Shown: in pieces, positions 19,513 through 29,988 of the stretch
Layout of the letters: the number at the start of each line of letters is the position of its first letter
How positions within the stretch are numbered: position 1 is the first letter of the stretch
IMG/VR virus record: IMGVR_UViG_3300044988_000363
Length of the DNA stretch: 64,000 nt
DNA from: a virus
Reading direction: 5' to 3' (one strand)
Notes under the pieces: model-generated
The model's input: the letters and a program-made list of their open reading frames with translations, nothing else
What the model was told of the DNA's origin: nothing
The model's database searches: none
Translations under genes and position numbers: made by a program

Positions 19513-20160
19513 TCACTCCGGAATTTTAGGATCTTTAATAGGCGGAAATGGTTTGGCTTTCCCAGTTTTGTTAGGAACAAAATTAAACCATCCTGTAAGA
19601 ATATACTTCTCTTGCGTTGGAGATACTACACCACGATGGAAATGAGTCCAGTCGACTGGCCATATCATGGTCAATCCCTTCTCTGGGCGTAGATTAATAC
19701 GTTGATGATAGAATTGCGTTCCGCCTCGATCAGTAACGTCATTAAGATATGTCATAAACGCCAGATGACGAGATACTCCTGGCTCAACACAACTTAGACG
19801 TTCGGAATGCCAAATTTTAAATCCGCCACCCGGAGGATAATATTGAATATTTGGTGGGCTAAGAACATCTACATCATCACCATACGCTGACAAAGGATAT
19901 ACCTTTTGATACTCATTCATTATGTCATGCAAATGAGCATAATACTCTTTTAGAATTGTATCGTCGCTTAAATGACAATCAACGGAGTCTTTAATTGATT
20001 TGTTAACAACTCTCTGGCCAAACTCGTTATGAATAATTCCAGCACTCTTATCTGAGTTATTATTAAACCATTCAATAACTCTATCGCAGAAACTGGTGTC
20101 TTTCATATACCATCCCAGGATGAAATTACCTGGGATTGGATTTAGTATATGTGATTTCAT
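19513..20160 (-). CDS. 2OG-Fe(II) oxygenase (prolyl-hydroxylase-like)
   Basis: YPPGGGF..WHSE...FMTYLNDV..GGT.F...WTHFHRG...KYILTGW. Confidence 0.88.
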   Translation of the reverse strand: MKSHILNPIPGNFILGWYMKDTSFCDRVIEWFNNNSDKSAGIIHNEFGQRVVNKSIKDSVDCHLSDDTILKEYYAHLHDIMNEYQKVYPLSAYGDDVDVLSPPNIQYYPPGGGFKIWHSERLSCVEPGVSRHLAFMTYLNDVTDRGGTQFYHQRINLRPEKGLTMIWPVDWTHFHRGVVSPTQEKYILTGWFNFVPNKTGKAKPFPPIKDPKIPE

Positions 20161-20429
20161 CTATTAACTCATGGAGTTAATAAGATCTTGGCGTATGTTA
20201 TTTGTAATCTCTTCCATATCTTCGTCAAAGCCAACAGTAAAGCCTGACATAGTACGAACAAAGAAAACATATTTTGGAGACTCTAGATTATTTTCCTCGT
20301 TTGGTTCTACATACTGAACTGGGGAAACGAATTCAATATAAGCAGTATTAATTACACCAGAATTTGGACATCTGAAAAGCATACTATTCTCCTTGTTACT
20401 TTCAAGTCATATATGTATATAGTCGATTA

Positions 20430-20729
20430 TTATTCGTGGACTTCAAACACATGCCAAACGTGAATTGAACCCATCATATTACGCCGCTGAACCGTTGCAA
20501 CGTAATCATAATGCTTCTTTTCGTAATCATACATCTCGAAGCCAGTTCCGAACACATGAAATACGTATTTACGTTTTTCTCTCTTTGGGTTTACAATAGC
20601 CCAAATAACAGGAAAATTACCTTGAGCCTGAATTGTTAGGATCTTGGCGCCACGTGGCATCTCAATCTCGTATACCGCATTGTGATGAATGTCGTCACCA
20701 AGCGGATACTTATAAATCATTTTCGTCAT
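20430..20729 (-). CDS. Hypothetical phage protein
   Basis: IYKYPL...MPRGAKILT.Q.Q....WA.V...GTG...VWHVFE; start taken at MTKMI. Confidence 0.6.
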   Translation of the reverse strand: MTKMIYKYPLGDDIHHNAVYEIEMPRGAKILTIQAQGNFPVIWAIVNPKREKRKYVFHVFGTGFEMYDYEKKHYDYVATVQRRNMMGSIHVWHVFEVHE

Positions 20730-21115
20730 GCTGCCTCCATTACCTCTTGAACGTGGGAACAACTCTTCCGGTAGCCAAACCCCATGCAATTGCAGCGTAG
20801 AGAAATACCCCCATCGGCCAGACTAACAATATAAGACTTTCCATTTGATCGGGATGGGACAGAAATTGATATCGGATCAGGCAATTTAGAATTGCTTGAA
20901 ACAGTCCAGCCACATATGATCCGGTCTTTATCCAAAACACGAAGTTCTGATTCATCGGTGCCAGTGTCCATCATAAACTGATCTTCGGAAAGCCACTTGG
21001 GCTTGGGCGAAATAATCTCGCCCTCATACTCGTGATACTCTGGTATCTGCATATAGCTCGCATATGTATGGCGATAACGATACATAGGATTGCTGACACG
21101 AATTCGAAGGCGCAT
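20726..21115 (-). CDS. Protein with a C-terminal SWIM-type zinc finger
   Basis: CNCMGFGYRKSCSH (CxC...CxH). Confidence 0.7.
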   Translation of the reverse strand: MRLRIRVSNPMYRYRHTYASYMQIPEYHEYEGEIISPKPKWLSEDQFMMDTGTDESELRVLDKDRIICGWTVSSNSKLPDPISISVPSRSNGKSYIVSLADGGISLRCNCMGFGYRKSCSHVQEVMEAA

Positions 21116-21617
21116 AACAATCTCCTAGAGGGGAGCGAATTTATATATCTTACCCTCTTTGGTGTATAAAGTCAAGCCCGACACGTAATGACACGAATCA
21201 GTCTTTGGAATAACCCAGTGATAGCCAGCTGGAACATTTCGATATACCTCGAAGTCGCCGCATTCTCCGCCGTTCAATAATACTCTCGTAACAGTTACGT
21301 TTACTTTAAAATTGCAATGAACCTGGAAGTCCGAAGGCTTCTTGGCGCATTCGATATCGTCCTTGGCAAAAGCTATTGACGGAATTAATAGAATGGTATA
21401 TAATAGTTTCTTCATTCGTCTGCTCTTACAAATAAATCATCAGGGAATGTTCTGTTGTATGGCTTACCTTCGAGCGTAACTACTCCGGCAACAGCCAACA
21501 TTTTATCTACAACATAGATTACACCAGGAGTTAGTTCCAATGTGTCAAGAAACGGGTGATCAGGAATAACTCTTACCCGATCACCCGCCTTAAACGTAGC
21601 GAAATCTGTTCGCACCA

Positions 21618-22058
21618 TCAGAAGTCCCCCGGAGACACCTGAAGGCAACGAAGACCCGCCGAACGCCACATCTTAACCACTCGATCACGATCTTCGAGAA
21701 CGAGCACAGGCTCATATCCCGCTTCATAGATCTGCTCGAGCAATTCGAACTTTACGATATCGTCATCACGACGATCTCCTAACTTACGCATATAAAGAGC
21801 ATGATAAGGAATATCATTCTCAGTAAGCCAGTCTAGAGTATCCTGACGACACTTCTCGTCACGAGCAGTGCAAAGGACAATCTTAATATCGTAGTCCGTC
21901 GCCATATCTAATAGGGCGACGACTTCCTCGATAGGCTCGTCCTTATGGGCATTCGAATGCCATGCATTCCAGTCTTTATGCCCATTGGTTATATAATGAA
22001 TACGATGCTCTGTATTAGCAATCGTGCCATCGATATCAACAATCCAACATTTCGTCAT
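21618..22058 (-). CDS. HAD phosphatase resembling the 3'-phosphatase domain of T4 PseT
   Basis: DIDGT motif, TAR, LYMR..GD.R.D..VK, EDRDRVV.MWR; start taken at MTKCW. Confidence 0.85.
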   Translation of the reverse strand: MTKCWIVDIDGTIANTEHRIHYITNGHKDWNAWHSNAHKDEPIEEVVALLDMATDYDIKIVLCTARDEKCRQDTLDWLTENDIPYHALYMRKLGDRRDDDIVKFELLEQIYEAGYEPVLVLEDRDRVVKMWRSAGLRCLQVSPGDF

Positions 22059-22065
22059 TATATCC

Positions 22066-22878
22066 TCACTTGCAGCAAGTAACCTTACAAACCTTTTCCC
22101 AATTTCCGTTATTGTTAGTCTTACGAATAGAGGCAACCTTCAACGCCATACGCAGCGACAGTTCACGGAGGCTATCGGCATACGCTTCGATAAACGTAAG
22201 CACATCAACCTGCTCATCGATATCGAGATGCGAGAGCAATCCCTGAGCAACTACCTGACGAATACGCACCAGATAATCACGGCGAGTCTTCATCGCCAGA
22301 TCGAGATAATGAGCACGAGAAACCATCGCCTGAAGATGCGGAGCCAGCTTATGACCCTTATCAATCATGGCGTCAAAGTCATAATTCGAGATGAAGATAA
22401 TGGATCCTTCGAACACGAAAGACCTGGGAACGAGTTCACCAGTATCTTCATCAAGCAGTTTACCCTCGGACAACCACGACACGACACGACGCTCTGTCGT
22501 ATCTGTAACAGCCTTCAAAAGATTAAGGCTGATGTCGTCAAAGAAAATAGCGTCAGCATCGTCAAACACGAGCACCTGTCCTGCCTCACGATAGGCATAC
22601 AGCAGCTTTACGAGACCAGTCGCACGGACATATCCCTTGGTGATGGCGTAGTTATTACCCGACGGATCCCACTGTTCGAGTTTACGCTCGACGGTGTAGG
22701 ATTTACCAAGACCAGCGGGACCAGACACAATAAGAGCACGACTGTCGCCAGAGACGCAGCTGTCGGTAAGCATCTCGAGAATATCAAAACGCTCGGCGAT
22801 ACGAGCCTCGATCTGATCCTCGCTCTCGTTAGAGGAAGGCAGCGGTATAACATTATCAATCTTACGGGCACGAGCCAT
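22066..22878 (-). CDS. P-loop (AAA-like) ATPase
   Basis: Walker A GPAGLGKS, Walker B VLVFDDAD, IFISN; promoter TTGACT-17-TATAAT at 22905-22933. Confidence 0.85.
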   Translation of the reverse strand: MARARKIDNVIPLPSSNESEDQIEARIAERFDILEMLTDSCVSGDSRALIVSGPAGLGKSYTVERKLEQWDPSGNNYAITKGYVRATGLVKLLYAYREAGQVLVFDDADAIFFDDISLNLLKAVTDTTERRVVSWLSEGKLLDEDTGELVPRSFVFEGSIIFISNYDFDAMIDKGHKLAPHLQAMVSRAHYLDLAMKTRRDYLVRIRQVVAQGLLSHLDIDEQVDVLTFIEAYADSLRELSLRMALKVASIRKTNNNGNWEKVCKVTCCK

Positions 22879-23736
22879 CAGTTCTCTCCTCATCGTATAT
22901 ACATATTATACCGCTGTTTTTGAAAAAAGTCAAGCCGCTTCTTCGTCGTCTTCGATCTCTTCTTCGAGGTCAAAGTAGCGATTGATATGATCCGCGACCC
23001 GACTAGACTCGCTAGAATAGAATACAAAATCGCCCATCTCTCGGCGATGATCCTTGTCTACGTACTCGAAACCACCGTAGTATTCTAGAGTCCCAGCTTT
23101 AAACTTATCGACAGCGATATACTCTTGATTAATATAGATCATACCACAGCGATTGTCGAGACCTATATTATCTCGACCAGCGTGAACCAGTTCGAACTCG
23201 TCGTTAATATGCTGTTCGACTTTACGAGCCATCTCATACAGAAAATCATCAGTACTCATTGTCAAGATCCTCTTCAGATGCAACGATACGGATACGATCA
23301 GCCCAGATTAGTGCCTCTCCGACACGCTCTAGGGATCTATTATCTAAACTAGTCCCGCCTTGGCTGAGATACTCCCAGATTAGGGCGGAGACTTCTCTCG
23401 CTTCCTCGCGAGTGATAGACCATTCCTCTTTCATTAGACTCTCTTCAGCAACGAGCCAGAGACTTTCCACTGCGATGTCGGCGTATTCACCGTCACAGTT
23501 TTCTGATTGATACGAGCCACAGTACCCGTAATAGTCTCGCCAGAGCGAGTCTCGAACTTAACTTTATCGCCCTTAGCAAAGCGGACAGTCGCGACTCTCT
23601 GCATCTCTTTGAATTTAATAGAGACAGCCTGAGAGATAGAACGGATCTCCTCGGCAGAGAAAGAACCAGCGAGGATAGCGGCATTAATCTGACTAACGGT
23701 CTTCATTTCGATTTCCCTTTCATCAACCATATTCTA

Positions 23737-23837
23737 AGTATACCCTAATCCATGGAAAAAGCAAGCGTCAGCTTGACCATACCAGGATCTTTTTTTAAAA
23801 TATTAGGGCTTGACTTTTTTGTCGAACCCAGTATAAT
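23737..23837. promoter_or_regulatory. Divergent sigma70-like promoter pair at the main strand switch
   Basis: Minus TTGCTT-16-TATACT; plus TTGACT-16-TATAAT; dominant gene orientation flips here. Confidence 0.7.
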
Positions 23838-23969
23838 AGACATTGTCAGGATGAAAGGTAGATCGATGAAACAGTTTAACCCTATTGCTTTCGAGTTACG
23901 CTCAGGCAAATATAAACAGCGTATTATTAAGAATAAAAAGAAATACGATCGTAAACGAATGAAAAAGGA

Positions 23970-25245
23970 TTGGTGATGAATATTCATAATGAGTGCACAT
24001 TCCTTAAACCAGAGGGAATTGCTAAGATAGAGAACATGTATAATGCCAAGTATGTGTTCGAGTCATGTCTTAAAACTCGAACTGATGGCTGGAGTAATTA
24101 TCCCGTAGCTATTTTCTATACGGAACAAGCGCATCCTAGGGGATCGAATTATATGGGACTGTATGTTGATGAATACGGTCGATTATTGATTACCGACGGG
24201 ATCGCTGCTACTGAACCATTTGATGCTTTACAAATTGGCGAGGATATTATATACTCTCGGTATCGTCATGACTATCGTGAATTTAAAGGAGCGATGGTTG
24301 ATGGCGGGCGAGATTACTTCAAGCGTAGCGCCGATCGTGGTGTGCCTGTAAAGCTGAAGGTTGTTGGTGATCATTTGGAGGTGGTAGAAAATGCTGCTTA
24401 GTCAAAGCTCAGAGTTCTTCTATTTGTTCTTACTCCCATTGGGTATATTGGTATGGGGTGCTGTGATTTGGATCCTCTCAATGTTCGTTTATCTAATAAA
24501 GGATAATCTCCGTGACCGATGACCTTGTAAAACGAATATTGGAACAAGCCAATGCAGAGGGTGATATTGTCTGTGGTGATGATGGTTATTATGTATATTG
24601 GCCTCGGCGCACAGGAGCCTATCCTTCCTATCATCTGCGAGCCCTTGCTGATGAATTAGATCGGCGCAATGAGGTCTGGGATAAAGAGTTGGATGAGTAT
24701 TTTGATAACCTTGCCAAGAAACAGGAACCTCTAGGTGAGGATGATATGGATAAGACCATTGAAGACATCCTGGCTGAAGAAATACAGGCAGAAATAGATC
24801 GTGAGATACTTGAAACTGTTAAAATGACCTGCGATGGTTGGGTGTCAGTAGATTATCCAGATGGTATTGGCTTTATAGAACATTGTGGAATTAAGGATTG
24901 GGTAGAAGAAAACATTAAAGGTCCAAATAAACTAATTCATACTAAATGGTGGTTTAAGGATCCAAAAGATAAAGTATTATTCTTGTTGAGGTGGGGAGTT
25001 TGAAAAAGTCCTGTATAATAACCTTGATGACCTATATGTGAGGGATGATGACTGAATTTCTAACAAAGAATGCAGATGTTGCATTGGTAGAAGTAAAAGA
25101 GAAGCTGTATGAACGACTGCGTAATAGAACCAATTACGCTGCACAGGATCCATTGAAGGATCCATATTACAAAGGACTACAAAAAGGTGCATTGTCCGAA
25201 GTAGAGTTTCTGAAGGGACTGTTGGATATTATCGAGAGGTCATAA
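23970..25245 (+). CDS. Hypothetical proteins (23970-24401, 24512-25003, 25045-25245)
   Basis: Co-oriented ORFs; YSRYRHDY..VDGGRDY motif in the first; the last is a paralogue of 13056-13307. Confidence 0.6.
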
Positions 25246-25404
25246 TGATTACTGACGAACTACGCCAGATTGCATACAATGAAGGTTGTCAGGCTTTCGC
25301 TGATGATGTAAATCTTATGGATAATCCATATAATGGCGTTTCACATACTCTCAAAGTATTTTGGAGCCATGGTTGGTGGGCTATGTTTTACGACGAGAAC
25401 TAAG

Positions 25405-25740
25405 ATGAAATATAAACTCTATCTGGATGACCTGCGTTATCCTGACCTGCATCCCGATTGGAGGATTGCTCGTAACTACCATGATGCTGTGTGGATGGTT
25501 ACGAACTATGGACTGCCATATTATATCTCCTTTGATCATGATCTGAACGATTTTGCTGACTTCTATACTCATCGAATGGAGTTCACTGGCTATGACTTTG
25601 CCAAATGGTTCTGTAATTGGGTGATGGATAATGATGTATGTCTGAATGATTTTGATTACTGGGTTCACTCTGCTAACCCTGTCGGTGCAGAGAACATCCG
25701 CCGCTATATGGCCAACTTTCTAAGGGATCGTTATGTCTAG
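25405..25740 (+). CDS. Cyclic-phosphate-processing receiver-like domain protein
   Basis: LYLDDLR.P, ISFDHDL, TGYD, VHSANPVGAENI. Confidence 0.75.
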   Translation: MKYKLYLDDLRYPDLHPDWRIARNYHDAVWMVTNYGLPYYISFDHDLNDFADFYTHRMEFTGYDFAKWFCNWVMDNDVCLNDFDYWVHSANPVGAENIRRYMANFLRDRYV

Positions 25741-26092
25741 TCTTGAAGCATTTATGGAACAAGAGACAGTTGTTGAGGGAGAATGGCAAAAGACTGACAA
25801 AGGTTGGTCGCATATTCCTCAACAAATGAAATGGGAGAGCATACTACAATGGCAGGTAGAAATGTTCTTCTATTCTTGTTATCTGTACTATGTTCTTGAC
25901 AATCCAAAACTGGACGATGCTGGATTTGACCGCATCGTAGAGATTCTAGAAAATCATTTCAACGAATTGCCTGAACGTATTACGCATACAGTAGGTCCAG
26001 GACAGATTAAAGCCAACGCTCATCTGTTCGCTCATGATTTAACAGAAAAAGAAAAAGAAAACGCTTTACTTTGGAAAAATAACGAACTATGA
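25733..26092 (+). CDS. Stand-alone domain resembling the N-terminal (Ia) domain of NAD-dependent DNA ligase
   Basis: YLYYVLDNPKLDDAGFD resembles the YY..D.P..SD..YD pattern. Confidence 0.55.
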   Translation: MSSLEAFMEQETVVEGEWQKTDKGWSHIPQQMKWESILQWQVEMFFYSCYLYYVLDNPKLDDAGFDRIVEILENHFNELPERITHTVGPGQIKANAHLFAHDLTEKEKENALLWKNNEL

Positions 26093-26318
26093 TATAAATA
26101 CGTGACCTTAACAACACCAAGGAGGGTGTAATGATTAGAATATCATATACAATCAAGAATATTGACGGACTATTGGTTGACAAAACCCAAGTCTTCAATA
26201 CGCTCTCCGAGTTAACCATGTTTATAGCACATCTCAGAGCGTCAGGACAGTTAGTAGGAAAGCCAACTATCTCCTAAATAGGGTTGCCTTCGGGCAATTC
26301 TTTCGAAAGGAGATTATT

Positions 26319-26552
26319 ATGAGCGGTTATAAGACGTATTTAATGGCTCTAATTGTAGGCATTTTACCATTGGCTACAGAAAAGATTGGAGCTATAGACT
26401 GGAATGCATTGCTTTTGGGCTTGGGTGTTCCTGATAATTACGTAGTTCCTGCTGCTACTGCAGTCAGTGCTATTGTTATGATTATCATGCGAATGATCAC
26501 ACAAGTTACAACAGTTAAGACTGCTTTGGAGACACCTCCACCAGCTGAATAA
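26319..26552 (+). CDS. Small two-TM membrane protein, possible holin
   Basis: Two hydrophobic segments; CTAAATA late-like promoter upstream; convergent with spanin-like genes. Confidence 0.45.
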   Translation: MSGYKTYLMALIVGILPLATEKIGAIDWNALLLGLGVPDNYVVPAATAVSAIVMIIMRMITQVTTVKTALETPPPAE

Positions 26553-26555
26553 GAT

Positions 26556-26582
26556 AAGGGCGCTTTATGCGCCCTTTTTTAT
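26556..26582. terminator. Intrinsic terminator between convergent genes
   Basis: AAGGGCGC-tttat-GCGCCCTT-TTTT. Confidence 0.8.
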
Positions 26583-26846
26583 TGTTTTATCTGCATCGTT
26601 TAAGAATTTTCTAATACTTTCAATGGAGCTCTTACATGTCAAATTGTTCTTTTGAAGTTGGATTAACAGCTTCGCAACCTGAGAATCAGTCAGAGTCTGC
26701 CATTTCGGAAACTGTTTCACCACAGGACAATAATACATTGCCTCGGCAGGATGTGCGACCATATATTTGTAAGATGTTACAATCTGAGTCTGATCATTAC
26801 AACTCGCCAGTGCAATTGCGATTGCCAATAGAATAATCTTTTTCAT
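26565..26846 (-). CDS. o-spanin-like lipoprotein
   Basis: Lipobox LASC after a signal peptide; overlaps the i-spanin-like gene. Confidence 0.65.
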   Translation of the reverse strand: MKKIILLAIAIALASCNDQTQIVTSYKYMVAHPAEAMYYCPVVKQFPKWQTLTDSQVAKLLIQLQKNNLTCKSSIESIRKFLNDADKTIKKGA

Positions 26847-27223
26847 TCACTTAACCTTTTTATAGTTTCTTTAAGGATATCCGAAGATGGACGATCGTTA
26901 CCCTTCCCGACCTCCACATCAACATGAGATTCTATTGCTTTTAGCTTATTTTCTAATGCTTGTTTCTGGCTTTCTAATTTCTCTACTGCTTCATCTCTAT
27001 TTTTAAATATAGTTTGCTGATGTTCGATGAACAAATCTTTGTCCTTGACATTTTGTTCTAATTGGTTTATATTATACTGTTGTAATGCTACTTGTTTTTC
27101 TAAATTTACTATTTGACGATGTTTCATGTAAAGACCAGAAACTAGTCCACCAACTAATATAAGTATTGACAGCCATTTTAAGGCTCCAGATGAGATTAGG
27201 GATAATAGTATGTTCATGGGCAC
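26843..27223 (-). CDS. i-spanin-like protein
   Basis: N-terminal TM segment followed by a coiled coil. Confidence 0.65.
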   Translation of the reverse strand: MPMNILLSLISSGALKWLSILILVGGLVSGLYMKHRQIVNLEKQVALQQYNINQLEQNVKDKDLFIEHQQTIFKNRDEAVEKLESQKQALENKLKAIESHVDVEVGKGNDRPSSDILKETIKRLSE

Positions 27224-27667
27224 ACCTCTCTTTCCGCAATATTTATTTCATAGATATCGCAGAAAACACCCACATCGCAAATTCTCAGCAACGAGAAGAC
27301 GATTACCAGGATTAGCAGGCTGGTGGGTTAGAGATTCGTATTCTCATCTTTTTGAGAAAGTTAACAAAAGGAGAAAATTATGTTTAAGATCACAGAAGAA
27401 ACCAAAGCTGAAGCAGTGGAAGCTATGAGAGCAATTCTTGGCGATGCTCCTACAGACGCACAGCTAGATGAAGCATTTGAAGCAGCAGTTGCTATTGTAA
27501 AGAAACAGTTTGGTATGTAAGATGGATAAGTGGGAGGAATTAAAGTTATTAATGAAAGCGGACATTTCACATGCTGTTCACTATTCTTCTGATAAAGATT
27601 ACGAGCATGGTATGACCAAGCGTTATCTCGAAATGATGGATTATTTAGAGAAGAAGGAAAAAGAGCA

Positions 27668-29338
27668 ATGCAATACAAAGCACCAGTAGAATCGACAACA
27701 TTTCTTCTTCGTGACGTTCTGAAGTTTGATAATGAATTAACAGAACCTATTCTAGAAGAAATTGCAAAGTTATGTGAAGAAACAATTGCTCCCACTAATC
27801 AAATAGGAGATATTGAAGGCTGTAAGTATGTCAAAGAAGAAAGTAAAGTTAAAACTCCAGCAGCGTTCAAAGAAGCGTATAAAGCGTTTGCCGAAGGAGG
27901 CTGGGTGGGTCTTTCGGTTCCTGAACGCTATGGTGGTCAGGGCTTACCGTTTACACTTGCGGTTGCTGCAAACGAATTTGTATCCTCATCTAACATGGCT
28001 TGGTCTCTTTATCCTGGCATTTCTCGTGGAGCGATCCAGGCACTCTTAGTTTCTGCATCAGACGCACAGAAAGAAACATTCATTCCTTGGCTAGTTCGTG
28101 GCGAATGGACAGGAACAATGTGTCTTACTGAACCACATTGCGGAACTGATCTTGGTTTGCTCAAGACTAAAGCAGTAGATAAACAGAACGGATCATATGA
28201 GATTACTGGCCAGAAGATTTTTATTTCTGGCGGCGAACATGATCTGACAGATAACATTTTACATCTTGTTCTTGCAAGAGTTGAAGGCGATCCAGAAGGC
28301 GTCAAAGGTATTAGTTTGTTTGCTGTGCCAAAAGTTTTGCCTGATTTCTCACGCAACAAAGTTTTTGCTGGTGCTATTGAAGAAAAGATGGGCATTCATG
28401 GTTCACCAACTTGCGTTATGAACTTTGATGGTGCTACTGGATTTTTAATTGGTGAACGTTGCCGTGGTTTACAGGGCATGTTTATTATGATGAATGAACT
28501 TAGATTAGGATGTGCCATTCATGGATTATCTCAGTCGGAACTCGCATTTCAAAATGCATTACAATACGCCAAAGACAGAATCCAAAGCAAATCGCTTGTC
28601 AATGTTAGCGGTCCTAGTGTCTCTATTCTTGCACATCCTGATATTAGGCGTATGCTTATGGATGTTAAGTGTATTAACGAAGCTGCCCGTCTATTAATTC
28701 TAGAAGCAGCCACATTGGTTGATAAGGGCGGTGAAAAAGCAGAAGATCTTCTTGGTCTTATGACTCCTGTTCTCAAAGGTGTTATTACAGATTATGGCGT
28801 TGAGAACGCTATCAAGATGCAGCAAGTATGGGGCGGTCATGGTTATGTCCGTGACAATGGCATGGAACAAATTGTCCGTGATGCTCGTATTGCTATGATA
28901 TATGAAGGCGCTAATGGTATTCAGGCGCTTGATTTAGTAGCAAGAAAACTTCCTAAAAATATGGGTCGTGCTGTTATGCGTTTCTTCAAAGATACTGAAA
29001 CATTCCTAACAAGTTCTTATGAACACGATATCAACCATATCGTTCAGCCAATGACACAAGCCGTAAGCGAACTAAAGCAAGCAACTGAATGGTTAGCAGC
29101 AAATGGTATGAAGAATCCTAATGATGTTGGTGCAGCAAGTTATCCATATATGAAAATGTTTGGATTGGTTTTGTTAGGATTGGCGCATATTCGTATTTGT
29201 TTGGCAACCGACGACAAAGCAAGACATACTACCGCAACTTATTTTATGGAGAATGTCTTGCCAGAAGCCAGTTTCTTACTGAAAAAGATTCGTCAAGGAT
29301 CACAAACAATGATGGCACTAACTCCAGACGAGTTCTGA
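27668..29338 (+). CDS. Acyl-CoA dehydrogenase
   Basis: TGTMCLTEPHCGTDLG, GQKIFIS.GEHDL, EEKMGIHGSPTC, QVWGGHGY, IYEGANGIQALDL. Confidence 0.95.
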   Translation: MQYKAPVESTTFLLRDVLKFDNELTEPILEEIAKLCEETIAPTNQIGDIEGCKYVKEESKVKTPAAFKEAYKAFAEGGWVGLSVPERYGGQGLPFTLAVAANEFVSSSNMAWSLYPGISRGAIQALLVSASDAQKETFIPWLVRGEWTGTMCLTEPHCGTDLGLLKTKAVDKQNGSYEITGQKIFISGGEHDLTDNILHLVLARVEGDPEGVKGISLFAVPKVLPDFSRNKVFAGAIEEKMGIHGSPTCVMNFDGATGFLIGERCRGLQGMFIMMNELRLGCAIHGLSQSELAFQNALQYAKDRIQSKSLVNVSGPSVSILAHPDIRRMLMDVKCINEAARLLILEAATLVDKGGEKAEDLLGLMTPVLKGVITDYGVENAIKMQQVWGGHGYVRDNGMEQIVRDARIAMIYEGANGIQALDLVARKLPKNMGRAVMRFFKDTETFLTSSYEHDINHIVQPMTQAVSELKQATEWLAANGMKNPNDVGAASYPYMKMFGLVLLGLAHIRICLATDDKARHTTATYFMENVLPEASFLLKKIRQGSQTMMALTPDEF

Positions 29339-29988
29339 TGTTGTTTGGAGTTTAGATGTTGATTCCAGTTGTGTTGTCCTTTTATATCACGATTACAGCA
29401 TGAGCAATGAAACACAGGAGCAGTTTGGAAATACTTCTTTCGTCTTTCCGACTGCTCTTGTCTCTTTTTAGGGTCAGACCATGTTTCTTTATGCTTCTTT
29501 GATAATGCTTCTCTTTTGGCAGTATTGGACCAAACCTTTGAACTTATCTTTGATCTTTCTTCCAAGTATTCAGGAGAGTTTCTAATGGCCACCATGTTAT
29601 CACGAAACTCTGGATCATCCCATTGTCTTTTTAGATTATCTGACCTTAGTTTTCTTATCTCAGGAGCGTTATTGATTTCTAACATTCTGGCATAGTATTC
29701 GGGATCAGACCATCTTTCGTTATTCAACTTGGTGGCAAAGTCAGAGATTTCTTGTTGGGACATTTTGAGTTTTTGAGATATTCTCAAACAAGCGTATGTG
29801 TCGTTCTGGGAAAAATGAATATCGTAATGTTCCTGTATAGAAACACACTGGAGATTATCTATATGATTATTGGAATGATTACCGTCGATGTGATGGATTT
29901 CATACGATCTTCCTTGTTCGTCTTTAGGAATAGGACCGTTGAAATGTTCCCAGATTTTGCGGTAGTTGGTTGTAGTATAAATATCCAT
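29293..29988 (-). CDS. HNH homing endonuclease with helical repeats and a C-terminal zinc finger
   Basis: EIHHIDGNHSNNHIDNL..VSIQEH; WSDPE/WDDPE repeats; CSCC...HLNSKQH; start at MDIYT. Confidence 0.85.
   Translation of the reverse strand: MDIYTTTNYRKIWEHFNGPIPKDEQGRSYEIHHIDGNHSNNHIDNLQCVSIQEHYDIHFSQNDTYACLRISQKLKMSQQEISDFATKLNNERWSDPEYYARMLEINNAPEIRKLRSDNLKRQWDDPEFRDNMVAIRNSPEYLEERSKISSKVWSNTAKREALSKKHKETWSDPKKRQEQSERRKKYFQTAPVFHCSCCNRDIKGQHNWNQHLNSKQHQNSSGVSAIIVCDP

Noticed and set aside
22024-22923. 299-aa plus-strand ORF
   Set aside because: Antisense shadow of the P-loop ATPase.
24760-24815. AEEIQAEIDREIL resembling a major-capsid-protein helix
   Set aside because: Too short, and the surrounding 163-aa ORF has no other capsid features.
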